Positions 59,521 to 64,000 of a stretch of 64,000 bases of DNA are shown here, piece by piece. The DNA is from a virus: the IMG/VR virus record IMGVR_UViG_3300027791_000009, positions 32,001 to 96,000 of that record; one strand, 5' to 3'. The position numbers were made by a program, and so were the translations under genes. Every line of letters starts with the position of its first letter. Position 1 is the first letter of the stretch. Under the pieces are notes generated by a model that ran no database searches, was not told where the DNA came from, and saw nothing but the letters and a program-made list of their open reading frames with translations.

Positions 59521-59565
59521 CATAAATAGAAGTATAACAAATAAAGAAAACGGAGAAAAAACAAA

Positions 59566-59955
59566 ATGGCAAAAGTAATTTATTCAATGACTGCTGGAAT
59601 CGGTCAAGGTGACAACTATACTGCTCCTACAGGAGATACGCCAATCAGTTTAGGAGAATTAAGTGGAAAAACTTATTTTTCAATTGATGATGGTAATACT
59701 ACTATCACAACTGATGGCGAAAATCTTTCTGTATACGGTGTAGCGATTGTAACCGACGCTGACGAAAAGGCAAGTATTCAAGCTGCTTCAGCTCATGTTG
59801 AGCAAGGCTTGTCTAACTTAGATAACGAATTTATGAATGGTAAATCAATGATTGACCTATTAGCAGATGTAGCTGATGACACTTCAGCAACAAAAACTGC
59901 AATAGCAACTCACAAAGCGGCTAAGGCTTCATTTTTATCAAACTTAGGATTCTAA
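59566..59955 (+). CDS. hypothetical virion protein
   Basis: CATAAATA at 59521-59528; SD GGAG. Confidence 0.7.
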   Translation: MAKVIYSMTAGIGQGDNYTAPTGDTPISLGELSGKTYFSIDDGNTTITTDGENLSVYGVAIVTDADEKASIQAASAHVEQGLSNLDNEFMNGKSMIDLLADVADDTSATKTAIATHKAAKASFLSNLGF

Positions 59956-59988
59956 AGACAGATTAATTAAAAAGAAGGTAATAGCAAT

Positions 59989-62184
59989 ATGGCACTAGAT
60001 ATACAAAACTTTAAAGTATCCTGGAAAGGAAACTGGAAAGATAAAGAGAAGTATTACAAGAATGATATAGTTTACTGGAGAGGTAAATCATACAGATGTA
60101 CAGAAGAGACACCTGATAGTTTTACAATTTCAAGTGAAGCTATGATTAATACTAACTCTTACGGCCAGTACAGCCCTACGGTTGTTAGACGGTCATACAG
60201 ACCTGACAACAATAGATATTGGGCATTATTGCTAGCAGGTAACGACAACATTGAAACTTGGCAGTATTGGAGACAATACGAAAGAGGAGAAATGTGTAAA
60301 GTAGCTGACAAGATTTATCTTTGTTTAAGAAAAACAAGATATTGTAATACTTGGGTAGAAGAACACGATGGTAATCCATCAAAATATTGGGTACTTGTTT
60401 ATGTTAACGAAAACAAGTGGAGTACAAGAAACGAAGTAGTTTCATTTAACAACCGAGCTCCGTTAGGTTGGAAATATAATATGGGTGTTGACACTTCTGA
60501 TAGTGCTGACCAAACATATAGAAGTTGTACACTATGCTCAGATGGTTCTGATATGTGGGTAGGTTCTTCTGAAGGAACTTCTTCATCTGGATTAGGTGAC
60601 GGTGTTGCTGGAAATGACGAACCTGGAAAACACTTTTCTACAGGATTTACATTTACTGATTGGATGGCTTCTACAGACAACCAATCTTGGAATATTAATG
60701 CTACAGGTAGAATGACTACACCTGATGGAAAAGCACCAAGAGTAATACAAGTTAGAAAAAATCAAAATAGAACTTTCTGGTTAATGAACAATGGTGAAGT
60801 TTACGCTGCTGGTGAAAATGGAAACTACGGTTTAGGAAATTCAGAAACTACAGATAGAAATTATAGTGTAAGGGTTACTGCTAATGATACAACAGATTGG
60901 CAAGGTAACACTATAGGCAAAACATTCAATCAAACTAAAATGGTTAAAGTCGGTATGTCCGACGCCGGACATGACGCAGGAACATCATCTTGTTTCTCAC
61001 TAGGTGATGACGGTTCAGTATGGGTTTGGGGTTACAATAACAACGGTCAATTAGGACTAGGTAATCCAACAATAAACAATTCAGCAGACACATCTGGTGG
61101 ACCAACAAATACTGCTTTCTATAGTGCCAATGTGACCAGACCAGTTAGATTACCTCAATCATACTTTGACGGAAGACAAATCATTGATATGTGGACTTCA
61201 GGTTCAGAAGAGGCATGGTTTCACGCATTAGACGAACAAGGTCAACTATGGGCTTGGGGACATAACCAACACGGTGAATTAGGAGTAGGAAACAGAAATG
61301 GCTCTTACTACTATACACACCCACAAAGAGTTGGTATCAACTGGAACAGATACGGTGGAATTAAAATGTACAAGACAACTCACTCAAACGGTGGACACTC
61401 TTGTACTCACATATTAGACGGCGAAGGCTATATGTGGTTTACAGGTTACACAACCTCAGGCGCTTGGCCAATTGGTTCTCCTGGTTATACAGGAACACAT
61501 CATATTGGTTCATTCAGAAGAGAAGGTCACCACTTAAATGGAGATATTGACTTCTTCTGGTGTGGTGGAGATGAGAACAAATGGTTATATATCAGACAGA
61601 AAACTACTGGTATGCTATGGGTACATGATGGTAACTATGGTACATACGGTGGTCGTGGACAATCAGTTGAAAGTAATGCCTACTGGTATGTTTCAGGTGG
61701 TCACCCAGGAAGTTTCATACATATGAAAGGTCCTAAATGGGCAGTTAATGTATGTGATGTAGGTATGAGTAGAGCTGATGGTACTTATATGTACTCTTTC
61801 CCAATGATACTTGATGACGAAGGTTTGATATGGGGCGGTGCTCCTTATGGAAATGACGAACAAGGTCTTGGTGGAGATAGTGGTTCTGATGACCAATGGG
61901 AAAATGGTGGTAGAAACGATACCGGTCAAGGTATGGAAGACAATGAAATGTTTAGAACAAGAAAGAAAATCGTATTTCAACCTGCTGGTGGACATAGATG
62001 GACAGACTTATTCTATTCAGGAACTGGTTCTTCAAATTGTCCGAGAGCTATTAATCAACGAGGTCAAATATATTGGACTGGTTATGATGGCGGTGCTTCG
62101 GTAACTATGAACTATGATTACTATTCTGAAGGTGCTAATGGCAACCAGACTTCACACTTCTTCCATTTGGGTCCTAGAGACTAG
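59989..62184 (+). CDS. RCC1-repeat virion protein 3
   Basis: VWGYNNNGQLG, WAWGHNQHGELG. Confidence 0.8.
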   Translation: MALDIQNFKVSWKGNWKDKEKYYKNDIVYWRGKSYRCTEETPDSFTISSEAMINTNSYGQYSPTVVRRSYRPDNNRYWALLLAGNDNIETWQYWRQYERGEMCKVADKIYLCLRKTRYCNTWVEEHDGNPSKYWVLVYVNENKWSTRNEVVSFNNRAPLGWKYNMGVDTSDSADQTYRSCTLCSDGSDMWVGSSEGTSSSGLGDGVAGNDEPGKHFSTGFTFTDWMASTDNQSWNINATGRMTTPDGKAPRVIQVRKNQNRTFWLMNNGEVYAAGENGNYGLGNSETTDRNYSVRVTANDTTDWQGNTIGKTFNQTKMVKVGMSDAGHDAGTSSCFSLGDDGSVWVWGYNNNGQLGLGNPTINNSADTSGGPTNTAFYSANVTRPVRLPQSYFDGRQIIDMWTSGSEEAWFHALDEQGQLWAWGHNQHGELGVGNRNGSYYYTHPQRVGINWNRYGGIKMYKTTHSNGGHSCTHILDGEGYMWFTGYTTSGAWPIGSPGYTGTHHIGSFRREGHHLNGDIDFFWCGGDENKWLYIRQKTTGMLWVHDGNYGTYGGRGQSVESNAYWYVSGGHPGSFIHMKGPKWAVNVCDVGMSRADGTYMYSFPMILDDEGLIWGGAPYGNDEQGLGGDSGSDDQWENGGRNDTGQGMEDNEMFRTRKKIVFQPAGGHRWTDLFYSGTGSSNCPRAINQRGQIYWTGYDGGASVTMNYDYYSEGANGNQTSHFFHLGPRD

Positions 62185-62192
62185 TATAAATA
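62185..62192 (+). promoter_or_regulatory. T4-type late promoter
   Basis: TATAAATA. Confidence 0.75.
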
Positions 62193-62202
62193 ATTATATA
62201 TT

Positions 62203-62220
62203 AAGACCGTAAGGTCTTTT
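62203..62220 (+). terminator. GNRA hairpin (terminator or 5' stabiliser)
   Basis: AAGACC-GTAA-GGTCTT-TT. Confidence 0.45.
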
Positions 62221-62243
62221 ACATTAAACAATTGAGGTGAATA

Positions 62244-63059
62244 ATGAAGAGAATAGAAGAATTTGTTGAACAGGCTCGTAAAAAGTTTGAATCACAACCG
62301 TTCGTTAACGACTATCTAAACAAGAAACTTAAATACAAAGAATCTGTTGGTACTTATTTGTACAATCAATGGGTCTATGTATGTCAAATAGAAGGACATT
62401 GCAAAGACGCAGGTGTACTTGACGGTATTGAAGAAATTTGTATTAAAGAAAATCTACTAGAAGCGTGGAAAGCAGAATGGCCTTATGACGCTGATGATAT
62501 ATCAAAAACTTGGATAGAACCATCTGTAATGTATGCAACGCAAAATTGGTGTACTTCTATTATAGATGTTAAAGAAGATAAAGATTTATTACTCGCACAC
62601 CTTTACGCCTCTCATAGTGAGATAATGACTAATCAAGGTACTTCAATTCTCAAAGATAGACTTACAGAAAAATTTACAGAAGCCTACAATCGTAGACCAG
62701 ACGAAATACTTAATATTATAAAATTAAGTTGGGACTTTAAAATTGGTATGTCTGGCGATTTAGAAGCACACACCGAACATTTAGAAGAAGTCTTACCTAG
62801 AATTTCTTTATTCAAAGTTGCCGCCAAAGAAATAAGTGAAGACAGGTCAGGTTTAAATGATATGTCTGGTGGTGAAAGAGACGAAACAGAAGACCAAAAA
62901 ATAAGAGCAGAATTAATGGCAAATTCAGTCTTTGTAGGTGAAATGAATTTAGATGAAGTGCCAGAAGATTATCAAAGTTTTGTAAAAGAAGACTTACATC
63001 AACTTGAACAAAAGAAAAAAGAGACTGAAAAAACATTTGAAGAAGCTCCTAAAAGATGA
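62244..63059 (+). CDS. degenerate heme-oxygenase-like protein
   Basis: YLYNQ and LLAHLY match YLYNQ and IAAHIY of the downstream heme oxygenase. Confidence 0.55.
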   Translation: MKRIEEFVEQARKKFESQPFVNDYLNKKLKYKESVGTYLYNQWVYVCQIEGHCKDAGVLDGIEEICIKENLLEAWKAEWPYDADDISKTWIEPSVMYATQNWCTSIIDVKEDKDLLLAHLYASHSEIMTNQGTSILKDRLTEKFTEAYNRRPDEILNIIKLSWDFKIGMSGDLEAHTEHLEEVLPRISLFKVAAKEISEDRSGLNDMSGGERDETEDQKIRAELMANSVFVGEMNLDEVPEDYQSFVKEDLHQLEQKKKETEKTFEEAPKR

Positions 63060-63712
63060 AGACATTAAAAGAATTAACTTGGGAACATCATAAAGAAGCA
63101 GAAAGACAACAATTTGTAAAAGTATTAATGTCTGGAAAGATATTAGAAGAAGTTTACGCTGTTTATCTTTACAATCAACATCAAGCATATAATATATTAG
63201 AAGCAGTCGCAATGTCGGAAGGTTTCTTTGATGATATGCCACAATTAAGAAGAGCGCCAGAAATCTTAAAAGATTTTAATGAACTATGGACTTGGGACCA
63301 TAAACCTTGGTTATGTGAGAGTACTAAAAAGTACATAGACCATTGTCAAACATTAATGGATTCTCCAGAGAAAATAGCTGCACATATATATGTAAGACAT
63401 ATGGGTGATTTATCAGGTGGGCAGATGATTAGAAGAAAGACACCAGGTCGTAATTATTATTATGATTTCAATTTTAAAAAAGTTGATGACGGTGTACAGA
63501 AATATAAAAGTGTACAAGAATTAAAAGACGCATTAAGATTAAAAGTGGATAGTTATCAAAAGTATTCAGACGCAAGTACACTTACAGAAAATGTAAATAA
63601 TGTTGTATACGAAGCAAGAGTTTGTTTTAGTTTTGCAACGGAACTATTTAAAGAAATGATGACATTTATTAATAACAATGAAAAGAGGTTTGGTGATGGA
63701 ACGAAGAAGTAG
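63056..63712 (+). CDS. ho1: heme oxygenase
   Basis: LKELTWEHHKEAE, AHIYVRHMGDLSGGQMI, EARVCF. Confidence 0.92.
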   Translation: MKTLKELTWEHHKEAERQQFVKVLMSGKILEEVYAVYLYNQHQAYNILEAVAMSEGFFDDMPQLRRAPEILKDFNELWTWDHKPWLCESTKKYIDHCQTLMDSPEKIAAHIYVRHMGDLSGGQMIRRKTPGRNYYYDFNFKKVDDGVQKYKSVQELKDALRLKVDSYQKYSDASTLTENVNNVVYEARVCFSFATELFKEMMTFINNNEKRFGDGTKK

Positions 63713-64000
63713 AATATGGGAAATGCTTGAGCAACACACTCAAAGTATTATCGCAAATTTTGAAAGAGAAGGTGAAGAGATATTTGAACCTGCAATGAAA
63801 AAGTTTAATAGACCTGAAGAAGGTTGGGTTAATAGAGTATGGAAAACACCTGAAGCAAGAAGATGTCATTTAGATGTAGTTGACGCTAGAGACGAAAAAG
63901 GTTTGTTTATGTTTCATTGCTGTGTGTTTCCTAATCTAACAAGTGAAGCACCTATATTTGGATTAGATGTAATCGCAGGTGCAAAAAAGGTTACAGGTTT
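63696..64000 (+). CDS. pcyX: ferredoxin-dependent bilin reductase (PcyX/PcyA family), truncated by the window edge
   Basis: My translation from ATG63696: ...WVNRVWKTPEARRCHLDVVDARDEKGLFMFHCCVFP...PIFGLDVIAGAKKVTG; follows heme oxygenase. Confidence 0.75.
   Translation, partial: MERRSRIWEMLEQHTQSIIANFEREGEEIFEPAMKKFNRPEEGWVNRVWKTPEARRCHLDVVDARDEKGLFMFHCCVFPNLTSEAPIFGLDVIAGAKKVTG

Noticed and set aside
48417-62184. Diversity-generating retroelement acting on the fibre genes
   Set aside because: No reverse transcriptase and no template/variable repeat pair seen; the repeats are diverged protein-level repeats.
1-64000. Alternative genetic code, introns/inteins, integrase or tRNA genes
   Set aside because: Core genes are intact under the standard code at expected sizes; no cloverleaf, integrase or homing-endonuclease motifs were noticed.

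Overview
A 64-kb, AT-rich segment of a marine T4-like myovirus genome. The host is probably an alphaproteobacterium, judged from an alpha-type two-piece tmRNA fragment, GAAC-N7-GAAC boxes and a ho1-pcyX-like cassette. From left to right the window holds: the end of a tmRNA; gp33-gp59-gp32; gp2, gp54, gp26/gp51, a tape-measure-like gene, gp4, gp48, gp53, hub and gp5; an accessory island (glutamine riboswitch with a small ORF, IscA, 2OG oxygenase, NfuA, early genes); PAAR, gp25, gp6, gp7, gp9-like, gp8, VrlC-like and a fibre gene; then a roughly 10-kb cluster inside the late structural region encoding four radical SAM/SPASM enzymes, three cupin/2OG-Fe(II) oxygenases, a Maf/MptE-like transferase and a virion-type protein ending in CHSS-CHSS-CHGS-RGRR. 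After that come tail-fibre and RCC1-repeat genes, a heme-oxygenase-like paralog, heme oxygenase and the start of a bilin reductase. The best candidate for an undescribed system is the RiPP-like radical-SAM cluster acting on a structural protein. Other notable signals are a probable -1 programmed frameshift fusing gp26 to gp51, three LexA-like boxes, a riboswitch under a late promoter, and leaderless transcripts. All family assignments come from motif recognition by eye; no searches were run.
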